A stretch of 64,000 nt of DNA, taken from the NCBI GenBank assembly GCA_964551725.1, contig CAZKED010000003.1, positions 1-64,000 of the forward strand, written 5' to 3'. Both the position numbers and the translations under genes were made by a program. The notes under the pieces were generated by a model that saw nothing but the letters and a program-made list of their open reading frames with translations, was not told the DNA's origin and searched no databases. Below, one piece after another: positions 1-9,117 of this stretch (within the stretch, counting starts at the first letter, position 1; each line of letters begins with the position of its first letter). This stretch comes from an uncultured archaeon. GTDB taxonomy: Archaea > Iainarchaeota > Iainarchaeia > Iainarchaeales > DTGL01.

Positions 1-49
1 GAAAATGAAGGGTTTAAAAAAGAAATCGTTTGAGTGCGTTTGAACGGAA

Positions 50-253
50 TCAAAACCTCTCAAACGCTTTTTTCAATTCCCTGGGGACGGGTATCTCCCC
101 GCTCAGCACTCTCTCTGCCTGTAATCCCGTGATATTTCGCTCTCTCAAAGTTTTCAGGGCGGCATGCCTGTTGTTAGGGTCGTGGAGGATTGAGCGGCAT
201 GCATGACCGCCGTTCCTGTGCATTCTTCTCTTCCCTGTTCCGAAAGCCGGCAT
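50..253 (-). CDS. small hypothetical protein (67 aa)
   Basis: ORF downstream of cgi121 on the same strand, with a GGTGA SD-like motif just upstream of the ATG; no recognisable domain. Confidence 0.4.
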   Translation of the reverse strand: MPAFGTGKRRMHRNGGHACRSILHDPNNRHAALKTLRERNITGLQAERVLSGEIPVPRELKKAFERF

Positions 254-304
254 TCAATCACCATGTCCCGCTGTTCCGCTTTAATAATTTGTTCTTTCTC
301 CTTT

Positions 305-892
305 TTAATTCTTTCCCGCACCTTTTTCAAGCGCGAGCATTGCCTGCCTTTCCAGCACCAAAAGCTTGAGCGCTTCCTGCTCTGGCAGGTCCCTCATCGC
401 TTTCAGTTCAGCAGGGGAAATGCCGAACAATTTTTTGAGCTGCGCGGCATTCTTTCTGAGGTTTTTTTCAATGAGTCCTTTTTCTGCGCGGAATTCGAGC
501 AGTTTTTCCAATTCCGCCAGAACCTTTTTTCCCTTCGCGGGATTCCCTACAGCGAGCAATAGGAGGGCGTCAGCGCGCTTTCCCGGAGGAAATTCCGCGA
601 TGTCCAGCGCTTCGCTGATTTTTCTGCGCGCGGTCAAGCGCGCCAGGAACTCTATGCCCGGCTTCGAGGAAAACGCTTTTTTTGAGGAGAAAGCGGAAAG
701 CGTTGCCTGCGCTGCAGCCCACACTTGCTCCACTGAGGCAATGCGGTTCACTGGGGCAACAGAAAAAAATTCCTCTCCGCGCGTTAAAGACAAAGACTTT
801 TTAATGCTTTCATCAATATTATTGGTATTGATTGAGCCTGTTTTGGCAATTACGGCAAAGGAGTCGAATTTTTTTATCATAAAAAAATTCAT
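305..892 (-). CDS. cgi121: KEOPS complex subunit Cgi121-like
   Basis: Segment ...AFSSKPGIEFLARLTARRKISEAL... and C-terminal VLERQAML resemble archaeal Cgi121; start may be 880. Confidence 0.7.
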   Translation of the reverse strand: MNFFMIKKFDSFAVIAKTGSINTNNIDESIKKSLSLTRGEEFFSVAPVNRIASVEQVWAAAQATLSAFSSKKAFSSKPGIEFLARLTARRKISEALDIAEFPPGKRADALLLLAVGNPAKGKKVLAELEKLLEFRAEKGLIEKNLRKNAAQLKKLFGISPAELKAMRDLPEQEALKLLVLERQAMLALEKGAGKN

Positions 893-929
893 TTCGCATC
901 ATTTAAAAACACTATTGGAGGCAGCGAAC

Positions 930-1496
930 ATGGTGGAATGGAGGCTGAAGTCCAAGAGAAAGGCTTCAGGCGGAATAAGAAAATCGAGGAACAGGAGCGA
1001 CAAGAAAAAGGCATGGTTAGGCAGGAATGCCGCGGACACGAAAATATCGGAAAAAAGCCAGAAGGAAATACACAGGACAAGAGGGAAAACATCAAAAACA
1101 AAGCTGAGGCTGGCGGCAGAGGCAAACGTTTCCGACGGAAAGGGAAAAACCTTCAGGGCAAAAGTGGTGAACGTGCTCGGCAACAATGCAAACAGGCAGT
1201 TTGCAAGAAGGCAGATAATAACAAAAGGCGCGGTCATTGAGGTTGAGCATTCCGGCAAAAAAAGCCATGCAGTGGTGACAGGCAGGCCTGGACAAAAGGG
1301 AATACTGCAGGCAAAAGCACTCGAAAAACCGGTTGAAATAGAAAAAAAGCAGGAAGAACCGCAAAAAAAGGTGGAAAAAGGAAAAAGTGCGGAAAAAGCC
1401 ACGGAAAAGCCCTCTGAAACCCCCCCGGACGGAACTCAGGAAGCGGGAACCGGAAAAGCGGTTGCAGCAGAGCCGGAAATCGCCCCAAAAGCATAA
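930..1496 (+). CDS. rps8e: 30S ribosomal protein S8e with low-complexity C-terminal tail
   Basis: SKRKASGG, RTRG, NRQFARRQIITKGAVIE and VTGRPGQKG motifs; GGAGG SD before ATG 930. Confidence 0.95.
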   Translation: MVEWRLKSKRKASGGIRKSRNRSDKKKAWLGRNAADTKISEKSQKEIHRTRGKTSKTKLRLAAEANVSDGKGKTFRAKVVNVLGNNANRQFARRQIITKGAVIEVEHSGKKSHAVVTGRPGQKGILQAKALEKPVEIEKKQEEPQKKVEKGKSAEKATEKPSETPPDGTQEAGTGKAVAAEPEIAPKA

Positions 1497-1650
1497 AAAA
1501 CCGCAAAAAAAGCTAATTTTTTCCCTTACGAGAGTAAAAAAACCGAACCAAAAAGTTTAAATATCAAAGAAGCGCAATATATATAAAGGTAACTTTTTTT
1601 ATGAACTGTTTCATTGTTTTTCAGCACGCAGTCTTTGCGTGCCCTCGGCA

Positions 1651-1670
1651 TTTGAAAAATATTTATAGGG
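1651..1670 (+). promoter_or_regulatory. BRE/TATA promoter of tfb
   Basis: GAAAAATA-TTTATA about 23 nt upstream of ATG 1690. Confidence 0.5.
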
Positions 1671-1689
1671 GAAATTGAAATTCGGTAGG

Positions 1690-2607
1690 ATGGTGGTTTT
1701 TATGACTGTTAAATGCCCTGAATGCGGTTCGACAAAACTCGTTAGGGACGAAAGCAAAGGCGAACTGATATGCCAGAAATGCGGCTTGGTTGTTAACGAG
1801 GAACTCGTTGACCTGGGCAAGGAATGGAGGAGCTTCGACTCAGACCAGTTTGAAAAGCGCGCCCGCACCGGTTCCCCGAAGAAATATGTAAAACTCAATA
1901 AGGGTCTTGTTACAATGATTGACAGAAAGGGCAGGGATTTGCGCGGCAACAAGCTTTCGAGCAAGAGCAAGGCGCAGATGTACCGCTTAATCAAGTGGCA
2001 CAAGCGCGCTTCTGTCTCAAGCTCGATGGAAAGGAACCTGAGCATTGCGCTCACGGAAATGAGAAGGGTCGCATCCTATCTCAACATTCCCGAATCGCTG
2101 GTCGAAGCAGCGGCACTGCTTTACAGGAAAACCGTTGAAAAGGGCCTCATTCGCGGACGCCTTATTGAGGCAGTGGTTTCCGCCATTCTCTACACGGTCT
2201 GCAGGACATATCATGTTCCCAGAACACTGAACGAAATGGCTGAAGCCAGCGGACTTACAAAAAAGGAAATCGGTCGCACTTACAGGTTTCTGGTCCGCGA
2301 GTTAAAGCTTGACGTGCCCCTGACAAACCCAATTCACTATATTCCGAGGTTTGCGTCTGAATTGAACCTCAGCGGCGAAGTCCAGGAGAAAGGCAGGGAA
2401 ATAATAAAGAAAGCAATCGACGAAGGGCTTATCAGCGGCAGGGGTCCCACGGGAGTGGCGGCAGCAGCAGTGTACATCGCGGGTCTTCTCAAGGGCGAGA
2501 GGAGAACGCAGAAAGAAGTGGCGAACGTTGCGGGCGTTACAGAGGTAACAATCAGGAACAGGTACAGGGAACTCAAAAAAGAACTTGACATCGAAGTCGC
2601 GGCTTGA
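1690..2607 (+). CDS. tfb: transcription initiation factor IIB
   Basis: CPECGS...CQKCG Zn ribbon, EWRSF B-reader, two cyclin folds, VTEVTIRNRY; start 1690 or 1702. Confidence 0.97.
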   Translation: MVVFMTVKCPECGSTKLVRDESKGELICQKCGLVVNEELVDLGKEWRSFDSDQFEKRARTGSPKKYVKLNKGLVTMIDRKGRDLRGNKLSSKSKAQMYRLIKWHKRASVSSSMERNLSIALTEMRRVASYLNIPESLVEAAALLYRKTVEKGLIRGRLIEAVVSAILYTVCRTYHVPRTLNEMAEASGLTKKEIGRTYRFLVRELKLDVPLTNPIHYIPRFASELNLSGEVQEKGREIIKKAIDEGLISGRGPTGVAAAAVYIAGLLKGERRTQKEVANVAGVTEVTIRNRYRELKKELDIEVAA

Positions 2608-2624
2608 AAGCCGCGGCTTTTTTT
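2599..2624 (+). terminator. hairpin plus T-tract at the end of tfb
   Basis: GCGGCTT-GA-AAGCCGC followed by T7. Confidence 0.4.
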
Positions 2625-2686
2625 CTGTTTTTAATCCTTTTCTTTTCAGCATACTTTTTTAATTAAATTCGCTTCCTCATTGTTAC

Positions 2687-2995
2687 ATGGAAGAGGAGGA
2701 GAGACTGCAGGAGAGAATCTCACTTATCTCTGCAGCGAAAAGGAACTGCATTTTATGCAGCGCCCACCGCGGTTTCAACTCCGAACGCGGCGAGCGTGAA
2801 AGAGTGCTTGAAGCAGTCAGAAAACTGAAGGAAATGTACGAGGAGGACTACAATGCTTACAGGGCGGGGAACGCCTCCGCCGAATTCATAAAAAAGGCGA
2901 ATGCAAAGAGAAGGCACTGCATGGACGTAATAGACAAGTGCAGGAAGTGCAACAGGAACATCGACAGGGTCAACAGGCTGTTTCCTTCCGTCTGA
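2687..2995 (+). CDS. hypothetical protein with two CxxC motifs
   Basis: CILC and CRKC flanking a charged helical segment. Confidence 0.65.
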   Translation: MEEEERLQERISLISAAKRNCILCSAHRGFNSERGERERVLEAVRKLKEMYEEDYNAYRAGNASAEFIKKANAKRRHCMDVIDKCRKCNRNIDRVNRLFPSV

Positions 2996-3048
2996 TTCCC
3001 CGCGGAAAAAAACGCAACCTTTTTTATTCCTTTTAACTCATTCCATCT

Positions 3049-4203
3049 ATGCTTTTTGAATTTTTGAGCATGCCCGTGCAGCAGCAGTTTTTGCTGCTTT
3101 TAATCCCGTTCTTTCTCATCGTGCTCACGGCAAAGCATTTCGTTCCTAAGAAAAGGAATGACGCATTTATTGCGGCTGCAAGCGCTGTTTTTATACTGGT
3201 TGTAACGGGGCTGCACGGCGCGGTTTTCCTCCTCAGTGTTTCCGTCCTTTACCTGTTTCTCGGGAAAAAAACCGCGGTGCACAGGATTCTTTTCACGGCA
3301 TTCTACCTCCTGCACACCGCTTCAACCTTAATTTTCATTCTTGCGGGAATTCCGGCAAACTTTTTCTATTTCTTCTTTGTGAGCTTCACTCTGCCAAAGC
3401 TCGCGTACCTCGCATTCAGGCGCTGGAAAGGAAGGAGAATGCCCGCATTCCAAGAGTACTTCCGTTTCATGGTTTTTTTCCCCGTGCTTTTCCACGGACC
3501 GATACTGAGACTGGAAACATTCCGAAAGGCGGAAAAGGGAAGGGTATGCACTGCACGATTTTTCTTGGGGGCGGCAAAAAGCGCTGCCGGCTGGCTTCTT
3601 CTTCTTTTTTTTAACGTTTCTCTTACAGGAATAGTTTTCATGACTAGTTTGCAAGTGCTCGCTGCCTTCTGGGTAAACGCAATTTCTTTCTACCTTTCAT
3701 TCTCCGGTCTAATGGACTGCGTTGTTTCCATTGCAGGATTCCTGGGCTACGGCGTGCCGGAAAACTTTCCACGCAATCCGTACCTCTGCTCCAATGTTTC
3801 GGACTTCTGGAGGAACTGGCATGCAACGCTCACAAAATGGCTCACGGATTACGTTTACATTCCGTTGGGCGGAAAGTTCAATCCGCTGAGTTCAATCGTG
3901 GTTTTCTTCCTCATAGGCGTTGCGCACATGCGCTGGGAGAACGTTTTCGCGTATCCCTTTGATTCCTTTGTAATGCTCTTGCTTTTCATGCTGATTGCTG
4001 TGGTGTCCCTGCGGGTTTCGAAAAGTGCTGAATGCTGGCTTGAAAAATCCAAAATCAGCGCGGGAAAAAAGAAGGCATTCTCCCTGCTCGGGGTATTCCT
4101 TACATTCAATCTGGCTTGCCTTTACTGGGTGCTACTCTTCAACCTCGTTGGAAGCCTTGAGAATCTGGGGATTTTTGCGCTTAAAATACTATTTCTTGCC
4201 TGA
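3049..4203 (+). CDS. MBOAT family O-acyltransferase (AlgI/DltB-like)
   Basis: FFPVLFHGPI, YLSFSGLMD, PENF..PY...VSDFWRNWHATLTKWLTDYVYIPLGG, LIGVAH (catalytic His); multiple TM segments. Confidence 0.9.
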   Translation: MLFEFLSMPVQQQFLLLLIPFFLIVLTAKHFVPKKRNDAFIAAASAVFILVVTGLHGAVFLLSVSVLYLFLGKKTAVHRILFTAFYLLHTASTLIFILAGIPANFFYFFFVSFTLPKLAYLAFRRWKGRRMPAFQEYFRFMVFFPVLFHGPILRLETFRKAEKGRVCTARFFLGAAKSAAGWLLLLFFNVSLTGIVFMTSLQVLAAFWVNAISFYLSFSGLMDCVVSIAGFLGYGVPENFPRNPYLCSNVSDFWRNWHATLTKWLTDYVYIPLGGKFNPLSSIVVFFLIGVAHMRWENVFAYPFDSFVMLLLFMLIAVVSLRVSKSAECWLEKSKISAGKKKAFSLLGVFLTFNLACLYWVLLFNLVGSLENLGIFALKILFLA

Positions 4204-4545
4204 TTTCTGCGCTTTGCCTGGTTTTTTTACGACTGCATGTTTTTTGCCTGGCTTTTTCACCGGCTTTGTCTGCTGGACCTTTCCCTTTTCGCTTATTTCC
4301 ACTCTGTCGCCTATTGCCTGACCTGGCAGTGCCGGGGCAAAGCGGGCTCTGACCGCGCCGTTGTTTCCGTGCACTGCAATTATTTTTCCGCCCAGAGATT
4401 TGCCCTTTTTTTGCTTCCACTGAACCCTGGCGCCCAGGAACGCCGCGGCTTTTTTTTTGCTGTCCGCTCCGTCAAGTTCGATGATTGCCTGCGTGCAGTG
4501 CTGCGATTTAACGCTTCTCCTGAAGTTTTTGATTGTTCCCTGCAT
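4189..4545 (-). CDS. rpl35ae: 50S ribosomal protein L35Ae with Lys-rich tail
   Basis: GKIIAVHGNNGAVRARF..LPGQAIG motif. Confidence 0.93.
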   Translation of the reverse strand: MQGTIKNFRRSVKSQHCTQAIIELDGADSKKKAAAFLGARVQWKQKKGKSLGGKIIAVHGNNGAVRARFAPALPGQAIGDRVEISEKGKVQQTKPVKKPGKKHAVVKKPGKAQKSGKK

Positions 4546-4664
4546 TTTTTTCTCTCCCCTTTTTTTGCAAAAAACGCATTAAGGTTAAAAAAAGAAACAA
4601 TATAACTATTCTTTCGGTGAAGGCTTTTAAATGTTTTCTTTTGCCCTGATGGAGAGGCGAGCGG

Positions 4665-5333
4665 ATGTTTACTGCAGGCGTTGATGAGGCGGGGAGAGGT
4701 CCTGCGCTCGGACCCATGGTCCTTGCAACCGTGCTTGCCTCAAAGGAACAGGAGGAAAAGCTTTGGGAAATGAAGGTGCGCGATTCAAAGCTGCTGAAAA
4801 GGGAGGAAAGGGAGAGACTCGAGGGAAAAATAAAAAATGCGGTGGAGGATTTCGCCGTTGCGGTTGTTCTCCCGGAGGAACTGGACTGCCTCATGGACAG
4901 GAAATCACTCAACGAAATAGAGGCAATGAAGGTCGGGGCAATGCTCAATTCGCTCAAAAAAAAACCCGCTGTCCTCATCGTGGATTCCCCCGACTTGATT
5001 GAGGGGAATTTTGCCAAAAGGATTAAAAAGTATTTCGGCGGGGACGTAGTAATCAGGGCGGAGCACTTTGCCGACAGGAATCACACCGTAGTGAGCGCGG
5101 CAAGCATTATTGCAAAGGTTGCGAGGGACAGGGAAATAGAAAAACTGAAAAGGGAATTCGGCGACATCGGCTCCGGTTATTCGCACGACCCTAAAACAAT
5201 TGAGTTCATTGAAAGTTACGTCAGCGTGCACAGCCGGCTGCCGCCCTGTGCGAGAAAAAACTGGCAGACAAACATGAACGCGCTGGATAAAAAATTTCAG
5301 AAAAAGCTCGGTGAATGCGATGGATTTTTTTGA
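4665..5333 (+). CDS. rnhB: ribonuclease HII
   Basis: GVDEAGRGP, DSKLL, VSAASIIAKV, GSGY motifs. Confidence 0.97.
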   Translation: MFTAGVDEAGRGPALGPMVLATVLASKEQEEKLWEMKVRDSKLLKREERERLEGKIKNAVEDFAVAVVLPEELDCLMDRKSLNEIEAMKVGAMLNSLKKKPAVLIVDSPDLIEGNFAKRIKKYFGGDVVIRAEHFADRNHTVVSAASIIAKVARDREIEKLKREFGDIGSGYSHDPKTIEFIESYVSVHSRLPPCARKNWQTNMNALDKKFQKKLGECDGFF

Positions 5334-5805
5334 CAAGAAAAAAAAGCGCGACGACCCTTTCTCCGACTTCAGGGAAATGGAAAAGCGCATTCAGAAAATG
5401 ATGGATGAAATGTCCAAAGACGCAGAATTTCCAGGCGAACTGTTCGACAGAAAGAGAAGACCGCTTGTAATGAGTTTTTCGCTCAAAATGAACCCCAAGG
5501 GAACCATCAGGATAAGGGAATTCCGCGACAACGGGAAAAAGGGAACAGCGCCTGCCGAAGCGCAGAAAAAGCCCCTCGTGCAGGTAAACGAAGAGGGGAA
5601 AAAGGTCACAATTACGGCGGAAATGCCGGGAGCAAAAAAAGAGGACATAAGCGCTTCCGTGCAGGGAACAAAAGTGACAATACAGGCAGAGGGAACAAAA
5701 AAATACTTCAGGGAAATAGAACTGAACAACAGGGTGAAAAGAAAAGCGCGTATGAACTTCAAGAACGGCATTCTTGAGCTGACCCTTGAAAAAAGGCGGG
5801 CGTGA
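5320..5805 (+). CDS. small heat-shock protein, Hsp20 family (archaeal type)
   Basis: alpha-crystallin domain with AEMPG..KEDI and FKNGILELTL. Confidence 0.88.
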   Translation: MDFFDKKKKRDDPFSDFREMEKRIQKMMDEMSKDAEFPGELFDRKRRPLVMSFSLKMNPKGTIRIREFRDNGKKGTAPAEAQKKPLVQVNEEGKKVTITAEMPGAKKEDISASVQGTKVTIQAEGTKKYFREIELNNRVKRKARMNFKNGILELTLEKRRA

Positions 5806-5847
5806 AAAAAGGGAGAGGATTCTTCCGGCTGTACACGGCGGGAGAAA

Positions 5848-7671
5848 CTATTTCCCGCTGCTTTCCCTGTAAATGAACGGCTTCTTTTTTGTCTGCTTGG
5901 CTCTTTCCTTCAGATATTTTACGAACTCGTCGTGCAATACGTTTACGTGGTTTAATGCACTGGTTTCGAGGAATTCCACTATTGTTTTGAGGAAAATATT
6001 CGAGCCGACCACGGCAGGCATGCAGACATAGTCAGCGCCCTCCTCGTAAAGGCGGGAGGCATCCTCGAATGTATGCGCCCTTGAAAACACAACTATTTTG
6101 GGGTTTATCTCCCTGGCATAATGCAACAGGCGGAGGGAGGAACTGACATTGGGAATCGCGAGTATGAGCAGTTTTGCCTTGTCAATGCGGAGTTTGCGCC
6201 ACAACGTTTTGTTGTCCGCTTCCCCCAGGAAAATGTTCACCCCCTCCCTTTTCAGCCTTTCAACCGCGTCCGGGTCTTGGTCCATTGCAATCATGGGATG
6301 CTCGCTTTTCAGGGCGCGGGCAATTGAACCGCCGACCACGCCCGAGCCTACGAGCACAATGTGGTTTGAAACGCTTTTCCCCTCCTCAAGCCAGTGCACT
6401 CTGTTGTAGAACCTCCGGCGGTCAAAGGATTTGGGGAAAACCGAGAAGCGCTTGAAGAAATTGTAGAATTTTTCCTCGTATTGGAACACATAGGGAGTGA
6501 TAACCATTGAAATGGCGATAATGAAAATCGTGGCGGAATAAAACTCGGGGTTAAGCATGCCCTCCGAAAGACCCTGGCTTGCGAGGAGGAACGAGAACTC
6601 GGATATCTGCGCGAGACCCAATGCCACAAAAAGCGAAATCCTCTTGCCGTAACCGGAAAAATAGGAAATTGCATAGAAGATTATCGGCTTGAGTATGAGC
6701 ACTACCAAAATTGAGAATATCACCATCTTCCAGAGCACTCCCATGAAAACAAATGTCAGCTGTATGCCGATTGTGACAAAGAAAATGGTGACGAAAAAAT
6801 CCCTGATTCCGCGTATTTCCTCGTATATCTGGAAATTGTAGGGAAGCATTGAAAGGGAGAGACCGGCAATAAACGCGCCAATCGCCAGTGGCAAGTGGAG
6901 AGCGTGCGTTAGGAACATGAAGCCGAACGCGGATGAAACAGCCGTGAGGAACAGAAGCTCGGGGTTGCGGAAGGAAAACCTGAAGATAACGGGATAAACA
7001 AACTTGGTCATGACAAACGCGAGAGCGAAAAGGATAAAGCCGGCAAACATGAATCCCACAAAAAAATCGGGCTGGAAAATATTGCCCAAGTTTCTCACAA
7101 TGGGCAGTATAAGAATCACCAGAACGTCCTGCACGAGCAGGAATCCTATCATTAGCCTGCCCTGCAGGGTGTCAATGCTGAAGCTGTCCGAGAGCAACTT
7201 TACCACAACCATCGTGGACGAAAAGGCGAGAATCAGGCCGAGATAAACAGATTCCATTACCGTCAGGGCCTGGAAAAAAGTCATCAGAAAGTATACAAAG
7301 CCGGCAATGAAAAAAACCTGCAGAACTCCGCCGAAAATCAACACGGAACTCAGCTTTTTGAGTTTTGTGAAATCTGTTTCAATTCCCACCGAGAAAAGGA
7401 GGAATGCCACTCCGAGCTCTGACAAAAGCCTTATCGTTTCCGCATCGCCGACAAAAAAGCTTATCTGCATGCCGAAAAGAACCCTAGTTATGAAAGGGAT
7501 TCCCCAGGGCCCTATAAAAACTCCCGCGAGGATGTACGCGAGCAAGGGCGGCTGCTTCAAAGCGCGGGCGATATAGTTGAAAGCGGTTGCCACAACTATG
7601 ATGAGCCCTATGTCCCAGAGCAGTCCGAGGGGCTCTACCTGTGCAATGATTTCAGCAATGCCCACAACCAT
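5848..7671 (-). CDS. CPA2 cation:proton antiporter with C-terminal RCK/TrkA-N domain (KefC-like)
   Basis: SELGVAFLLFSVG, SSTMVVVK, LLVQD, LAQISEFSF; GSGVVG Rossmann-like motif. Confidence 0.92.
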   Translation of the reverse strand: MVVGIAEIIAQVEPLGLLWDIGLIIVVATAFNYIARALKQPPLLAYILAGVFIGPWGIPFITRVLFGMQISFFVGDAETIRLLSELGVAFLLFSVGIETDFTKLKKLSSVLIFGGVLQVFFIAGFVYFLMTFFQALTVMESVYLGLILAFSSTMVVVKLLSDSFSIDTLQGRLMIGFLLVQDVLVILILPIVRNLGNIFQPDFFVGFMFAGFILFALAFVMTKFVYPVIFRFSFRNPELLFLTAVSSAFGFMFLTHALHLPLAIGAFIAGLSLSMLPYNFQIYEEIRGIRDFFVTIFFVTIGIQLTFVFMGVLWKMVIFSILVVLILKPIIFYAISYFSGYGKRISLFVALGLAQISEFSFLLASQGLSEGMLNPEFYSATIFIIAISMVITPYVFQYEEKFYNFFKRFSVFPKSFDRRRFYNRVHWLEEGKSVSNHIVLVGSGVVGGSIARALKSEHPMIAMDQDPDAVERLKREGVNIFLGEADNKTLWRKLRIDKAKLLILAIPNVSSSLRLLHYAREINPKIVVFSRAHTFEDASRLYEEGADYVCMPAVVGSNIFLKTIVEFLETSALNHVNVLHDEFVKYLKERAKQTKKKPFIYRESSGK

Positions 7672-7701
7672 TTGAACCAGAAAAATTAGGTGTACAGGAT
7701 T

Positions 7702-9099
7702 TTAAACCTTTTCCCTGCGCCATTTCGTTCCGTGCGGCGTGTCAAGCAGAACGATCCCTTCCGCCTCCAGCTCCGACCTTATTTTGTCCGCGCTGGAAAA
7801 ATCCTTCTTCTTTCTGAATTCATTCCGCAAGGCAATAAGCTTCTCGATCTCCGCGTCCAGCGCTCCCGCTTTCTCGAATGAAAGAACGCCGAAAACTGAA
7901 TCAATTTCCCTGAGAAAAGAAAGCGCTTTTTTTGCTCCGGTTCTGCTCACTTTCCCTGCCGAAAGCAGCTTGTTCATTCCGGATTCGAACCCGAATACAG
8001 CGGGCCAGGCGTTGGGGAAAGAGAAATCGTTGTCCATTTCCCGCACGAAAGCGGAGCGCGCCTTTTCAACCAGTGCTTCTACTGCGGAATCACTGCCTTT
8101 TTCCGCTTCCGCGTCCTGCAGCCTGCGCACGAACTCGTTAAGTTTCTCCAAAGTTCTGCGGTATTTTTCCATTTCCTTCTTTGAAAAATTAATCCTGCTT
8201 CCGTAATGAGTTGAGGCGATGAAAAACCTGAATTCCCTTGCACTGAATTCTCTGAGCAAATCGGGAATCGTGATGAAATTCCCCAGGGACTTGCTCATTT
8301 TCTGCCCTTCAACGTTCAAAAAGCCGGTGTGAAGCCAGTATTTCACAAATGGCCTGACGCCGAAAGCGGATTCGCTCTGCGCTATCTCGTTCTCGTGGTG
8401 CGGGAACACGAGGTCAACTGCACCGCCGTGAATATCAACCGGCAGACCCAGGTGCTTGGAGCTCATTACGCTGCATTCAATGTGCCAGCCGGGCCTCCCC
8501 TTCCCGAAGGGGGAATCCCAGCAAGGCTCGCCCTTCTTTGCCTTTTTCCAGACCGCGAAATCCTGCGCCTGCTTTTTCTCGTACTTGTCAGTATTCACCC
8601 TCGTGCCTGTTTTCCCTTTTTTGAATTTTATTCCCGAAAGCTTTCCGTATTCGGGGAATTTTGCAACCTCGAAATACACGCCGTCCTCTGTTTCATACGC
8701 AAAGCCCTTTTCCACGAGTTTACGGACAGCGTCAATTATTGCCGGGATTTCCTGCGTAACGCGAGGATAAACGTCAGCTGGCTTTATTCCCAATGCACTC
8801 ATGTCCTTGAAGAAAAGCTCTATGTTTTTGTCGCCGAGCTCGAAAATCGTGATTCCCTGCTCGCCGGCACGCTTTATCATGTCGTCGTGCACGTCCGTAA
8901 TGTTCATTACTAGCTTCACTTTGAAGCCCCTGTACTCCAAATATCTGCGGATAATGTCGAATGCGATGTACGTGCGAGCATGACCGATGTGCGCGGGTCC
9001 GTAAACCGTGGGACCGCACACGTACATCCGCACCTTTCCCTTTTCAACAGGCTCAAGCGCCTGCTTCTTTCCGCCCAAAGTGTTCTTTACTCTGACCAT
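7702..9099 (-). CDS. cysS: cysteine--tRNA ligase
   Basis: CGPTVY, HIGH, GRPGWHIECS, FPHHENE, KMSKS. Confidence 0.98.
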   Translation of the reverse strand: MVRVKNTLGGKKQALEPVEKGKVRMYVCGPTVYGPAHIGHARTYIAFDIIRRYLEYRGFKVKLVMNITDVHDDMIKRAGEQGITIFELGDKNIELFFKDMSALGIKPADVYPRVTQEIPAIIDAVRKLVEKGFAYETEDGVYFEVAKFPEYGKLSGIKFKKGKTGTRVNTDKYEKKQAQDFAVWKKAKKGEPCWDSPFGKGRPGWHIECSVMSSKHLGLPVDIHGGAVDLVFPHHENEIAQSESAFGVRPFVKYWLHTGFLNVEGQKMSKSLGNFITIPDLLREFSAREFRFFIASTHYGSRINFSKKEMEKYRRTLEKLNEFVRRLQDAEAEKGSDSAVEALVEKARSAFVREMDNDFSFPNAWPAVFGFESGMNKLLSAGKVSRTGAKKALSFLREIDSVFGVLSFEKAGALDAEIEKLIALRNEFRKKKDFSSADKIRSELEAEGIVLLDTPHGTKWRREKV

Positions 9100-9117
9100 C
9101 TAACCCAGCCGAAAAAA

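Noticed and set aside
366-929. 5' extension of the 376-aa ORF containing S8e
   Set aside because: It is the antisense shadow of cgi121; the real start is ATG 930 with an SD
1601-1678. 25-codon ORF and GCACGCA/TGCGTGC hairpin upstream of tfb
   Set aside because: No SD or recognisable product, and a single 7-bp stem can arise by chance
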